From the NCBI RefSeq assembly GCF_018977255.1, contig NW_024704743.1, positions 89,778,001-89,842,000 on the forward strand: 64,000 nucleotides of DNA. The letters run 5' to 3'. Positions 12,313-24,886 of the stretch are shown here, piece after piece. The first letter of the stretch is position 1; each line of letters begins with the position of its first letter. Source of the stretch: Callorhinchus milii. Lineage: Eukaryota. A model generated the notes under the pieces. The model saw only the letters and a list, made by a program, of their open reading frames with translations. It was not told where the DNA came from and searched no databases. The translations under genes and the position numbers were made by a program.

Positions 12313-13465
12313 AGTCAGATTAAGTTGGTTGTGCTCTTATCTCTGGGTTAGAAGGTTGTAGATTCAAGTCCTACATTGGAGACTTGAAGCACATGATACA
12401 AGCTGACATCCCAGTCCAGTGAAACATAGAAACAGAAATAAACCATTCAGCCCCTCAAGCCTGTTCCACCATTCTATAAGATTATGGCTGATCAGTGCCT
12501 CAACTCCAGTTTCCCATCCTTGCCCCTTAATACCCTAACCTAAGAAATGTCTATCCACCTCAGTTTTGAAGATGTGAATGGATTCAGCATCCACAACCTT
12601 TTGGGGGAGAGTTCCAGATTTCCACTACCCTTTGTGTGAAAAACTGCCTCCTAATTTCATTCCTAAACGGCCTAGCTCTATCATAGAATCATCGAATTAC
12701 ACAGCACAGAAGCACAGCACAGCCATTCGGCCCATCGTATTTGTGCCAACTCTTTGAAAAGAGCTATCCAATTCAATCCCACTCCCCCACTCTCTCACCA
12801 TAGCACTGCAAACTTATCCTCCTCAAATAATTATCTACTTCTCTCTTAAAAGCTGTTATCGAATCGGTGATCTAATTATAAGATTATGTCCCCTTGTTCT
12901 GGATTCCCCCACCAGAGCAAATAGTTTCTCTCTATCTACACTATCGAATCCCTTTATTATTTTTAAAACCTCAATCAGATCACCCTTCAACCTTCTAAAC
13001 TCAAGGGAATAGAGAACAAGTTTATGCTACCTCTCATCATAATTTAACCGTTTTAGCTCTGATATCACTCTGGTGAAACTGCGTTGCAGCCCCTCCAGAG
13101 CCAATATATCCTTTCTGAGGTGCGGTGTTAGTGTAGTACTATGTTGTCAGAGGTGCTGTCATTCAGATGAAACAGTACACTGAGGTATCATCTGACCATT
13201 CAGGTGGATGATATGAGAACCTATGATACAATGTGAAAAGAGATGGTTGTTTCTCTGAGGGTACTGTCCAACAATTCTTTAGATAAGATTAATCATTCAC
13301 CTCCTGGCTATTTTGGGACACTGTTGTACACAAATTGGCTGTCGCATTTGCATTTGCCTACAAGAACACAATCATTACACTTTACAGAACACTCTCTGAA
13401 GTGTTTTTTGAGACATTTCCACATCATAAAGTACTATACTGAATGCAAAAATGATTGTTTTTAAA
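12313..13465 (+). mobile_element. Deu-type SINE split by nested minus-strand CR1 fragments (12422-13126)
   Basis: Head at 12313-12421 and body at 13127-13465. Between them is a reverse CR1 3' end, itself interrupted at ~12681-12870 by a second CR1 tail. Confidence 0.72.
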
Positions 13466-16251
13466 ATACCAAGGGTTTTACAATAGCACTGAAGCTGAGT
13501 GCATGGTGACAATTTTAGTTTTAGTTAGCTAGGTGCCTGACATGCAGACACCAATCACCATGCTGAAGAGTATACAAACCAAACTGAATGTTTTATGTAG
13601 GCCACCTATATATGGAAATTTCCATTTTGGAATGGAATGTACACTCTCTCCCTGTTGGGACACATCCTGCTTACTCAATCCTGTAGACTATTAGGCGCAG
13701 GTTGGCAGATTGGGCGTTCAGGAATGTGTGTTGAGGTACTGCTGGTGTTTAACCAAAATCCCGTAGCTTGCAATTAAAAGCACTGCCTGGCAAGCTTTCC
13801 TGCCGCTTGTCCAGCTAGGACCATCCTACCCATTTAGAGCTTTGACATGCAGGATTAACAGGAGCCGAGTGGGAAGAATCCCAGTAACTAGTCTACCCAT
13901 CCAAATCCTACCAATGAGCCAGGATGGCTGGTGTGCTGTAGCCTGGATTACTGCATAGCCATTTGCCTCACAAACTGAACTGTAGGGATTGCCACAGAGA
14001 TGCTGAAATAAAGCTGAAACAGTCATTAGCTTGGTAAAAAAAATATATACACATGAGAACTGAACCAGGAACTTGACATTTCTGGGTTCAATCCTGTTGG
14101 GTTCATTCAGTCTCAGAGGTTGACTAATAACGGTGCAGACTATCTCCAAAAGGCGCAAATAGGAGCAGCAGTCTTCTCCCTGGCATCGGGGCTAATAGCA
14201 GGAATACGTTTAACTTGGAAATATAGAGGAAATGCAACAGAGGCTTTTGAGCAACAGAAAAAAAGTTTTCCAAAAGGCACAAGAATCAATTAACTGACAT
14301 GAATGTAGCTTTGCAAGAAATGCGGGCTGAGGTTTGTCCAATCAAATTCTGCGAGCAGAAGAAATTCTAGTGCAATTAAGGATAGAAGAGTCAGGGCAGC
14401 CGTCACAAATAACAAAATTAAAAGCACAGTTGAGAAGTAAGGGGCTCCTAAACAAGAGAGCAGAAGTTTTGATGAATGTGAATTGCACATAGGAAAGCAC
14501 CCACGTGGCAAATGATAATGGTGTACAGCTGGGGAATCACACACAGAAAGTGTGCTGGGGCTTAAATCTTTGACTGGCACCATGCCTGAATTTAAGGAAA
14601 TTGAAAGCTGGTTGAATTCAGTGATGTCGATAGCAAAGTTGGTAGTAATACTGAGTAAAACTGCTGTGGAGATTTATTTGCAATCAGTAGTTAACAAACT
14701 CTGGTGGGACCTGATCAACCCCAAGTAGGATAATTTGGCTATGGCACTTAGTGAAATTAAGTGAACGATTGTATGAGAAAAAGGGCATCCAGAGAAAATA
14801 GACCAGGTTAGGAAAGGGACACCCCCTGAGTGCTACCATTCCAAATCACCAAACTATTTACAAAAGAGCTCTGGGGAGAGATGTTTCTAATGGCACTTCC
14901 GACAGATAGAAAAAGTTTTGTCCTTGCTTCTGATGTCGATCCACCAAATCACTGGGACTTAATAATTAAAAGGGTGGAAATGCATCACTGTTTTTATTAT
15001 TCGGACAATTTGTTTGATGAAAACAATAAATGGCATGACCGAAGTTTAATCGCTGTAAAAATTTCAACACAATTGGACCACCACCCATGCATGCACACAG
15101 AGTTAAAATGGCGGACAGTGGAATAAGGCCTAAGCCTTGTGGCCACCAGGCCGACCAAACTTATTTTCAGCCAAGGGTCAGTTCGTATGCGGGAGCAAAA
15201 ATTCTGAGCAAAGCAGCGAATTCTCAAATCCCTCGGGGTACATGTTAGGAAAGGGGCAATCCTCTGGTGGGTGTGAGCTTTGCCAGTTGTCCCCACATTC
15301 TGGTTATTATGTGGAAAAATGTATAATGCTTTAGTAGATATGGGGGTGCAGGTAACAGCACTCAGTAAGAATGTAGCAGGGGAGGATCCTAACCAGAAAG
15401 GGAGAAGTGTCCTTGTAGAGGGGATAGGAGGCAAGTTAATACAAATGCATGATCAAATGGCTGAGATTATAGATGTAGAACAATCCGAGGTAATTGCAAT
15501 GGAAATTAGTTGTTAATCCTCACAGAAAATGTGAAACTGGGATGCGACTTTCTTAGAGGGGCTGATCGCCATAATGTAATAGTTCGCAGTGTGTATGTGG
15601 ATGTAAGCGCTGCTGAACAGAAGCAGTATATCCACATGCAGAGAGAGTTACACAGAGGCGAGCTTTGTAGAAGTTTACAGGTCGAGCATGGCTAAACATA
15701 AATTAGACTGTGGGTTAATTCAACATGAGGTTAGGATACGTGCAGGGATTCATAAACCCGTTCCTCAATACCCCTTACCCAGTGATTCACTGATTTTAAA
15801 AAAAACTTTATCTGGGAATCAGAAAGGAGAGATATATTACAAAATGTGAATCTTCAGCAAATTCACCTCTTGCCATGACATAAAGCAAATGGGTCATGGC
15901 CACTAGTTATAGACTTCTGTCAGTTAAATACTGTTACTAAAACAGCAGCAGGTCAAAGCACCCATTTGAGTGGAGATTTCGACAGCCATTCTAAGGGAAA
16001 TACAAAACTACCATGGATCTAGCTAACAGGTTCTGGAATGTTCCCTTAGTTAAAGACGATGCGTGGAAAACGGCATTTACATTCCGTGGACAGCATTTCC
16101 ATTGGAACTGAATGCCACAGGAATGGAAAAATTCCCCAGCCATTTTTAATGTGTGCGCATTTGTTATGTAGATGATATTTTTTGGGCGGACAATAGTCCA
16201 ACTGAACACCTTAAGAAATTGGAAGGAGTGCTGAAAGCGCTCACTTCTGCA

Positions 16252-18932
16252 CTTCTCCCACCCCTCCTTCCTCTCACTTAAAATCCTCCTCCTCTACCGG
16301 CCCCCTAAAGCCTCTCCCACCTTTATCTCTGATATCTCAACACTTCTCACATCTCTCTGCCTCTGCTCTGATCGCCTCATCATCCTGGGCGACTTTAACC
16401 TACACTTCACCCCCTCCTGCTCAATCTCCTCAGATTTCTCTTCCCTGCTCTCCTCGCTCAACCTCTCCCTTCACATCAACTCCCCCACTCACAGTCACGG
16501 CCACCCACTCGACTTGGTGATCACCCGGGGCCTCAGTGTCTCGGATGTCACCATCACCGACAAGGCCATCTCCGACCACCACTTCATCTCCTTCACCACC
16601 TCCACCCCCTCCCCACCTCCACCAGACCCACCACCATCTTCTACCGCCCTGGAAGAAGTTACCCCCTCAATCCCTAACCACTGCCTTGGAGTCCTCTGAA
16701 CTCCTCTCCCTCTGGCCTTCAACCCTCACCGACCCCTCTTCTGCTCTCACCCTCCTCCACAACACCCTCTCCTCCACACTTGACACTCTTGCCCCTATCA
16801 CCTCCCGTACTGTCTCCTACTCTCGCTCCTCCCCCTGGTTCACCACCCACCTCCGCTCACTGAAGAGCCAGGTGCGGGCCGCTGAACGCACCTGGGTCAA
16901 ATCTGGCCTAACGGTCCACCGACAAATCTGGCTGGACCTCCTCAAAATCTACCGCTCCACTCTAGCCTCGGCCAAATCGTCCTTCTACTCCAGGATAATC
17001 CTGGAGGCGAAGGACAACCCCAGGCTACTGTTCTCTACCACATCCCAACTCCTCCGTCCCCCCCGCCACCCCGCGCAGGTCATCTCCTCCAACCTTCACT
17101 GCGAGGAGATGCTGGATTTCCTTGAATCCAAGATCAAGGGAATCCGCTCCGCGGTCACTTCCCCTCCAACATCCACCCACCACCCACCCCTTCCCTCCCA
17201 CACTCCGACTCCTACCCATCCTCCCCTACACACCTTCGTACCCGTTTCCCCATCCTCTGTCACCAAACTCATCCTCTCCCTGAAACCTACCACCTGCTCC
17301 CTTGACCCCATCCCCACTCCACTCCTTATCTCCCAGCTCCACCTCCTTGCCCCACATATCACAGACATCGTCAACCTGTCCCTCTCCTCTGGCTCTATTC
17401 CCATTCCCTTAAAAACTGCCACCATCACTCCCACCTTAAAAAAAAACCCTCCCTTGATGCGTCGCAGCTATCAAGCTACCGGCCCATCTCCAACCTCCCC
17501 TTCCTATCCAAGGTCCTGGAACGAGTTGTCGCCTCCCAGCTGCGCTCTTTCCTCTCCAACCATTCACTATTCGAACCCCTTCAGTCGGGTTTCCGTGCTG
17601 CCCATAGCACAGAAACTGCCCTGGTCAAGGTCACCAATGACATCCTGACCATCTGTGACCAGGGCTCCCTCTGCCTCCTCGACCTATCGGCAGCATTCGA
17701 TACGGTCGACCACGCTATCCTCCTCCACCGCTTGTCCTCCCACCTAAACCTTCAAGGCCCTGTCCTTGAGTGGTTTAGGTCGTACCTCTCCCACCGTCTT
17801 CACTTTGTCTCCACAAATGGTTTTTCCTCCGGCCCCCGCACTGTCTCGTGCGGTGTCCCTCAGGGCTCTGTCCTCGGTCCCCTCCTCTTCACCCTCTATA
17901 TGCTCCCCCTTGGTGACATCATCCGCAGACATGGGGTTAACTTCCACATGTATGCGGATGACACCCAACTCTACCTTTCCTCCTCTACCCTCAACTCCAC
18001 GACCACCGATGTCCTGACAGCTGCCTGTCCGACATCGAGTCCTGGACGAGAGATAACTTTCTCCAGCTCAACGTGCGCAAAACTGAGGCCCTCCTGATTG
18101 GCTCACGTCAGCGCCTCCGCACCTCAGGCGCTGACAGCATCAGCATCCAAGGCTGCACTCTCCACCTCTCAAAGCCGTCAGGAACCTCGGTGTTCTGTTC
18201 GACCCTGAGCTGTCCTTTCTCCCCCATATCCGCGCCACAACTGGCACCGCCTTCCATCACCTCCGGAACATCGCCAGACTACGGCACTACCTCACCCCTC
18301 ACGCTGCTGAAACTCTGGTCCACGCCTTTATCACCTCAAGGCTGGACTATGGGAACTCTCTCCTCGCCGGCCTTCCCGGCACCTCCCTCCACAAGCTGCA
18401 GGTCATTCAGAACTCTGCAGCTCGTGTACTGTCCCGCACCAGGCTTCGCGACCACATCACTCCCACCCTCGCTCGCCTCCACTGGCTCCCCATCCCCCAG
18501 AGGATCGAATTCAAGATCCTCATCCTCACCTACAAGGCCATTCACGGCCTTGCTCCCTCCTACCTCTCCAACCTACTATCCCCCTACCTACCTGCCCGTA
18601 CCCTCCGTTCCTCTGGCTCCGGTCTGCTCCACATCCCCCGCCCCAACCGCCCTACTATCGGTGGTCGGGCCTTCAGCCTCTCAGCCCCGAGGCTCTGGAA
18701 CTCTATCCCCCAGTGCCTTCGCCGCTTCCTCCCTTTCCTCCTTCAAGGCCGGTCTCAAGACCTTTCTCTTTGACCGAGCCTTCAGCTCCCCTCTCGACTC
18801 TCTACCCCCTCCTCGCTCCCTCCCTTCCCTCACCCTGACCCCCAATGCTCGGGTCCTGACCCAACTGTACAGCGCCTTGGGAGGTCCTCCCGACGTGAAA
18901 GGCGCTCAATAAATGGAATCTTGTTGTTGTTG
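16252..18932 (+). mobile_element. L2-clade LINE, ~2.7 kb young copy (endonuclease C-terminal half + RT + 3' tail)
   Basis: LLLYRPPK, ILGDFNLH, HGHPLDLVI and ISDHHFISF (APE); [21 protein letters not shown] and YADD. Nearly identical by eye to 374-2049; (ttg)n tail. Confidence 0.95.
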
Positions 18933-19361
18933 TTTAAAATAAACCCTAAGAAAAGCCAGATAAACATCTGGAGGTGGCAGTCAAATGCATTTGTCAAATG
19001 TTCAATGGGAAGGTCTGGAAATAGTATTCTAAATTCTGGGATTGACCTGATTGAGTTTAATGAGCAGCTTTGTTATATATAAGAATATATGTTTTTTATA
19101 GTAATAACTGGCATAAGTCTTTGAAAACAATATACTGTTTGTAAGTTTCTATCTTCTAGCTGAACTTGAAGTGCATGTGGCTTACAGACACAGAGAGAGA
19201 GAGAGAGAGAGAGGGAACAGCAACAGGTATCTTTGAAGAATGATACGACAGAACAGAAAGTTTTGTGGCAGACATTTTGTTAGACTCTTGAATTCTTTCC
19301 TCCTACAGATCGATAACGAAGATGTTATTCTCCGAAAATATTAATTATCGAGAGGGGGAAA

Positions 19362-19972
19362 TGTCACGGTTACCCTAGATAATGTATAGTATTATTTAAG
19401 GGAAATGGGTAGTCCCTTTAATTAGATTCTGTTTAAGAAACTGCTTGCAAAAGATTTAGTCGCAGAAGCTGTTTGCAAAAGACTTAGCAACCAGCATACA
19501 TGAGGTGTCCACGTTCCAACAAAATCTAGGCTCAAGGTCGCTTGATTGAGAGGCAGTTCTTTATGAGCAGCCTGAAAAGGCACGTGGGCGCTCGCGTGGG
19601 GAAAAAATCCTCGCCTTTGCATCATACGGTGGGCGGACCCACGGGCCTGAAAAGAGAAATGCTTGGCGCGTCTTGTGGTCGCTATCTAATGGTCATCATC
19701 CAATACATACTGACGTGTACAGGATTACTGTGCCATCGGGTTGGTTGAAGTCTTATTACTTATGTAGTATTGTGCTGCTAGTTGTATAGTTATGTGTGTT
19801 AGTTATATTTGATCCCATTGTTGTTTATCTTAAATTGTTGTATTTCTTATATGCAAGGTAGCTTAGGGTTGCTAAGTCTTAATAAAGAGTTGTTTTTACC
19901 GAATGTATCCTTGAGTCTCTGTAATATTCTAAAATAAGAAAAGGAGTAAGCACTTAGAGAATAGCTGTGACA
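19362..19972 (+). repeat. 3' LTR (611 bp) of the retrovirus-like element
   Basis: Starts TGTCAC right after polypurine tract gagagggggaaa (19350-19361), ends GTGACA, and has an internal AATAAA at 19881. Confidence 0.78.
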
Positions 19973-21478
19973 TCTGAGTTCTGGTAGTGTGAGCTGACTC
20001 CGATTAGACATCCCAGTTACCGGGCATTGGAGTTATCTGGAAATACCAGTCTGAGTGTCTAATTCTGACTCAGTTAAGCCCTTTGAGCAGGGACTCACAC
20101 TGACAGGGTTAGGAAACCGCAGAGGCCACTTAGTACAAACGCATGACTAAAATTTGTAAGTACAACAAGGAGTGAGAGCTGTTGCAACTTGTATATTGTT
20201 TCCAAGCTGCAGCCTGGTACTTTTCCTGTATAAAGAGCATTTGATCAGTGCTATAAATCGTTTATAATTTGTAATGTATTGCTGTTGATGTTATATAGTA
20301 CACATCAGGTACCCAAAAGTTGGATGGAAGCATGTTTTTTAAATCCAAAATATTTGTGCTATAGTATGATTTTAGGTTGCTCAATGAGGACATTGAAATA
20401 CTTTCATAATACTTACTGGTTCTTTAATTTGATTCTGTTTCCACAAAAGCATTTTTTTTAAAGTGGAGATGTTTTCTCATGTTTGTTAAAACCCTAAACG
20501 TATTCTCTCTAATTTCCATAACTATGGGATTAATTTACATTTTCAAGTTGTAGAATGTACTGTATTTTCTAAGCAATTAAATTTATTAATGCAAATTGCA
20601 TCTAATGGTGTAATGTCATGTGCCATTTCCAGTAAAGAAATAATGAATCACTCCTAAAGTTATCTTAAAGTGCATCTAAGTTAGTATTCAAAATATAAAA
20701 ATGTTAATGCTACTGAAACTACTTCCCAAATGTTTGGTATTTTCTGATTACACAGATAAATGTATTTTGTTTAATGAAGTTATGGGGAAGGATCTTAGTG
20801 AGCTGGTTTGAGAGTCTAAAGTGCAGTGTTGCCTTGATGGAATACCCTCTTATCATCTATACACAAATTAGTTTTCAAATGCTGCATCTGTTTTAAGATT
20901 ATGGCTTATGGCACAATTATTTTTCAATTGCGCAGCATGCATATGTTTCCAGTAGAATTTAGACAGAGTTACTCAGATTCAAACCTCTCCTGTAGGGATG
21001 TCCTTTGAGCACTCAGTTGGATGTTCAGTTCTGGTCAGTGAATATCACCCGTTCCGGGGAGCAAAACCGTCTAATATGCTGAATTTATGATGTCGCCCAC
21101 AAAATACAATCAGTCCACTTTACGGTATATCCTGTATAGCCACTTTGAGACATCCCAACAGTGTGATAAGGTGTTATATCAAATGCAAGTAGTATTATGC
21201 CAGTTGGGTGACAACAGGAAGGAGATTTGGTGAGAAGATATACAAGAGGGTTGTGTTTGTATGTAGTTTCTCTAACAGCAAACTTGAGCAGTGGAGACAA
21301 TGGGAACAGCCTGATCTGGCAATGGATTTTGATGAAGCGAGGCTGCATTGAGTGCAAAATTAAATGCAGTTTAAGGAGAAAAGGGGGAAAAAGAGTAAAT
21401 GTTGCTGTTGAATCATGCATTGTGTTATTTTGAGATTTTAATTTGAAAGGTATGAGACTGACCGCTCTTCTTCCTTAG

Positions 21479-21681
21479 TTTCCAGGATTTTGATGTCCAA
21501 AGTTCTGCTTGGTGCAGCGCAGACTGGTTAACAATAGGAACATACAAAAACCTGGAAGGAACTCGCGTGTGTGGTTCTTCCATTCCAGGACCATACATTT
21601 CTTCACAAGAACACGTCTGGATTAAGTTTCATTCAGATGACCGGTATACTAGGAAAGGTTTCCGGCTCTCTTACATCACAG
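21479..21681 (+). CDS. LRP12: LRP12 internal coding exon (second half of CUB domain 1; likely exon 4), 203 bp
   Basis: Acceptor ttccttAG ends 21478 and donor GTatag starts 21682. Translates (S)FQDFDVQSSAWCSADWLTIGTYKNLEGTRVCGSSIPGPYISSQEHVWIKFHSDDRYTRKGFRLSYIT(G), a CUB segment matching LRP12. Phase fits the next exon. Earlier exons were not seen in the window. Confidence 0.93.
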
Positions 21682-23529
21682 GTATAGATACCATTTTTTT
21701 CAACAGTGACGTGCCTTTAGTGCTTTGTTACCCCCGCTGTTGCTCTTTTTGGGCATAAATGATTCTGTCGAGTAGGGATTTATAATGTACGCTAGCTATT
21801 GTGGTTTATGTTAACTTTTTCAATGTTTTGATTTCAAAAGTAAAATATTATTCCAACATTCAACAAGTATGATGATTATTTACCCATGCTAATGAGTTTC
21901 TTCGCTCCCTGAACCCCCCCACCCACCCACAGAAATGCTAATCTCACTCAGCCCCACCTGCTCCAAACTATTGCTCACAAAATTGAGTGCACGCACAGAA
22001 AAGTACAGTGCTAATGACTCATGAGCGTGAGACATCAACTGGAGGATAGAGGGGCAATGGATAGAATTTGAAGAGTATATGTGCGTGTGACTTGCTTGAC
22101 AACGTGAGATATTTTGTGAATTGTCCTTTCAATTGCAAAGAAATATGTGGTTGTGCTGTCAAAACCTTAATTAAACTAATTTCACTGAGTATTTCTGTCC
22201 CAACTAAACTTTACTCTGTAAATTACATCCCTTTGTCTTCACTAAGACAATCATATTTTAAAGAAGTTGGTTGATACAGAGCTAATTTACTGCAATCTCT
22301 TTTGAGATGGATTAAACGCATCATTTTTGAATGGGTGTATGTTTTTTTACGACAAGAAAAGCTATCTATGCTGTACTTAGACAGTGGTAGATTGTATTCA
22401 AGGTATATCCCACTGCAGCAAAGTATCCCTCTGATACATATATAGCATTCAGGGGTCTAGCAACCTAGCAGAAGAATTGATAAACCAAACTATATAACGT
22501 TCTGTGTCTTATAATTGGTATGGACCACTAATGATGCTTAAAGTAAAAAGACATTGAGAAGACAAGTGAAGATAGGTGAAATGAGATGTGGGAAATTTTT
22601 AAAATCTTTATTAAGAAAGTTGCTATTTGGACATAGTTTTTGCACAAATGATAGACTCAACAAACCCTCATTACTTGTTTGTCTATATTTTACTGGTTCT
22701 TCTGATGCAATAACTCAAATCTTGGGATCTGAAAACCGACAGCAGTCTTCTTCAACTTGAAATATGGAAGTATTTAGCTGGAAATGGCTTTATCGCAGTC
22801 CTGGCACCTTAGCCTGTGATGTGTTGGGCCGGTGGAGTGAGCCTGAATGGATCACAGCATCTGCTGGCAGATCAACATGCTGTCCCTAAAAAAACGAGGG
22901 GCAGCCAATCACTACCTGAAATGCAGGGCGCCCTCTAGCAAGGTTATTAGGGAGTAGAACAGGATTGACTGACCATAGCAACCAAACAGGAGGGAAGGGT
23001 TTGGCAAGGCTGGAACCAGAGGTCAGGCGGGTAGCTGGCTTTCGTGCAAGCATGCTCATACAAGGTATCTTGCAGCTCTCAATTAATCAGGCTGTGTCAA
23101 CTGAGTACTGAATCTCGTGCAGGCAAACTCCTTCCACCCATATCAATGATTGCCCAAAGGAAATTAACAACTTTAGTCAGATTTTGGGGTGGGGAGGAAA
23201 AGAAGTTATTGACTTTATTGCATAGATGGTGACATAGCTGAAATGGCTACTACACAGCACGATTTCCATATTTAGAAATATCAGGTAAAGGATAATATAA
23301 ACTGACTACTTGGCCATAAAGCCTGCTAATTGTTAATCCAGAGCATATGGAAAATAAGTGAGTAAACAATAAAATGTAACAGTACCAAAAGGCACTCTCT
23401 GGAACAGCACAAAATGCCTTGCTCCAATTTTAATGTCACAGTTGCATAATTTGTGCAGTTTTACCTATGGATAGCTATTCTTGCAGTGGCTTACTGCCAA
23501 GATCCATACATTCTTTGATGGCCTACATC

Positions 23530-24280
23530 CTCTTGCTCTCAAGAATATCAAGAAGTCCGGAACCGTGGTGTCATGTTTGACCCTCAACTCTCCTTTCTAC
23601 CTGACCTGCTCAGCCTTCCCCCACCTCTGCAACATCTCCCGGCTCCGACACTGTCTCACAACGCAGGTCTCCGAAACCCTCGTACACGCGTTCGTTACAT
23701 TGAGGCTTGACTATGTAAACTCCTTGCTTGTCGGCCTCCCCAACTCCTCCCTCCATAGGCTGCAGATCATCCAGAACTCTGCAGCCCGTGTCCTCTCCCG
23801 TACCAGGAACTGCAACCCTATCACCCCCAACCTTGCCCCCCGGCTCCACTGGCTTCCCATCACACAGAGGATACAGTTCAAGATCCTGGTCCTCACCTTC
23901 AAAGTCCTCCATAGTCTTGCTCAACCCTATCTCTGTGACTTCCTAACCCCCTACCATCCTGGCCACTCCCTCCGCTCAGCGGGCTCCGGCCTGCTTCACG
24001 TCCCCCATCTCGCCCCTCCCCCCCCCCACCGTTGGTGGACGGTCCTTCTGCATCTGCCCCCACCCTCTGCAACTCCATTCCGCAGTCCCTTCACATCGCC
24101 CCCTCCCGTGCCTTCAAGATCCTCTTCAACCGTGCTTTCGATCACCCTCCTTTCCCCCCACCCTGCTCTCCTCCCTCCCCAATCCTGACCCCCAGCTCGG
24201 GTCCAAAATTCTGACTGTCCAGGGTCTTGGGATGTCCTCCCGACATGAAAGGCGCTATTCAAATGTAATTTTGTTGTTGC
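23530..24280 (+). mobile_element. L2 3' fragment
   Basis: [19 protein letters not shown] and RLHWLPITQRIQFKIL motifs, L2 tail. Confidence 0.88.
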
Positions 24281-24886
24281 ATTTCATATTTTCTACCTCC
24301 TTCATTGGGGCAACATTTGGGAAGGTAGAGGCTAAAGCTCTGTTGTCAGAGGTTCTGGGAAGTGTTTATTCTCTTGGATGATAGTCTTGTGATGGCACGG
24401 TCAGCATTCAGTGATCTGTTGTTACTGAGTTACAACTAAGTTAGCCCTGTATGTACACAGGCGTAGCTGTAGCTTTCAATTTGCTTTTAATTTATATGAC
24501 CTTTTCTTATCCACCCACATAGTGTACAGTTGGTTTCTGTATTACATTGTACTTGCATTCTTGTATCATTAAAGTAACCTCAGTTACAATCTGTTATTAC
24601 CCATCAGCAACTTGGCAGGCATCTTCTTTGATTAAAGGAATATTTAAATACGGGGGTGATTTGAGTAAGAATTATTAGCTAGAACGATTGCCATTTTAAA
24701 AATTCTGCTTTTTACTGATAAAATTGATTTTCAAATATAACAGCTTCTAAGCTTGGAAAAGTCAAATCATATGATCAAATAGTCTAAATGACCTTCTTCA
24801 TCCGAGCCTCCCTTTGATGAGCCAGCTAGTCAAACAAGGAGAGCTTCTTTTCACTCATAACCTATTGTGTAAATTGCTCTTTTCAG

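Larger units (their letters stand above)
14160..19972 (+). mobile_element. Degraded endogenous retrovirus-like LTR element (gag-like, protease, RT, PPT, 3' LTR), interrupted by an L2
   Basis: Protease ALVDMGVQVT...VEGIGG (~15325-15435). RT: AKHKLDCG...PQYPL, KANGSWPLVIDFCQLN, KYKTTMDLANRFWNVPL...KTAFTFRGQHFHWN*MPQEWKNSPAIF, YVDDIF...EHLKKLEGVLKALTSA (15691-16251), resuming FKINPKKSQI at 18933. The 5' boundary is uncertain and no 5' LTR was found. Confidence 0.85.

Noticed and set aside
13470..14200. Possible 5' LTR/PBS of the retrovirus-like element
   Set aside because: No visible similarity to the LTR at 19362-19972 and no convincing tRNA-complementary PBS; left unannotated.
18908..18913. 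AATAAA variant in the L2 tail as an intronic poly(A) site
   Set aside because: Single-copy substitution, with the GU-rich tail starting too close to the hexamer and no other support.
1..21478. Upstream LRP12 exon (first half of CUB1)
   Set aside because: No SPGWP/CSW-type coding segment was found by eye; it is presumably upstream of the window.
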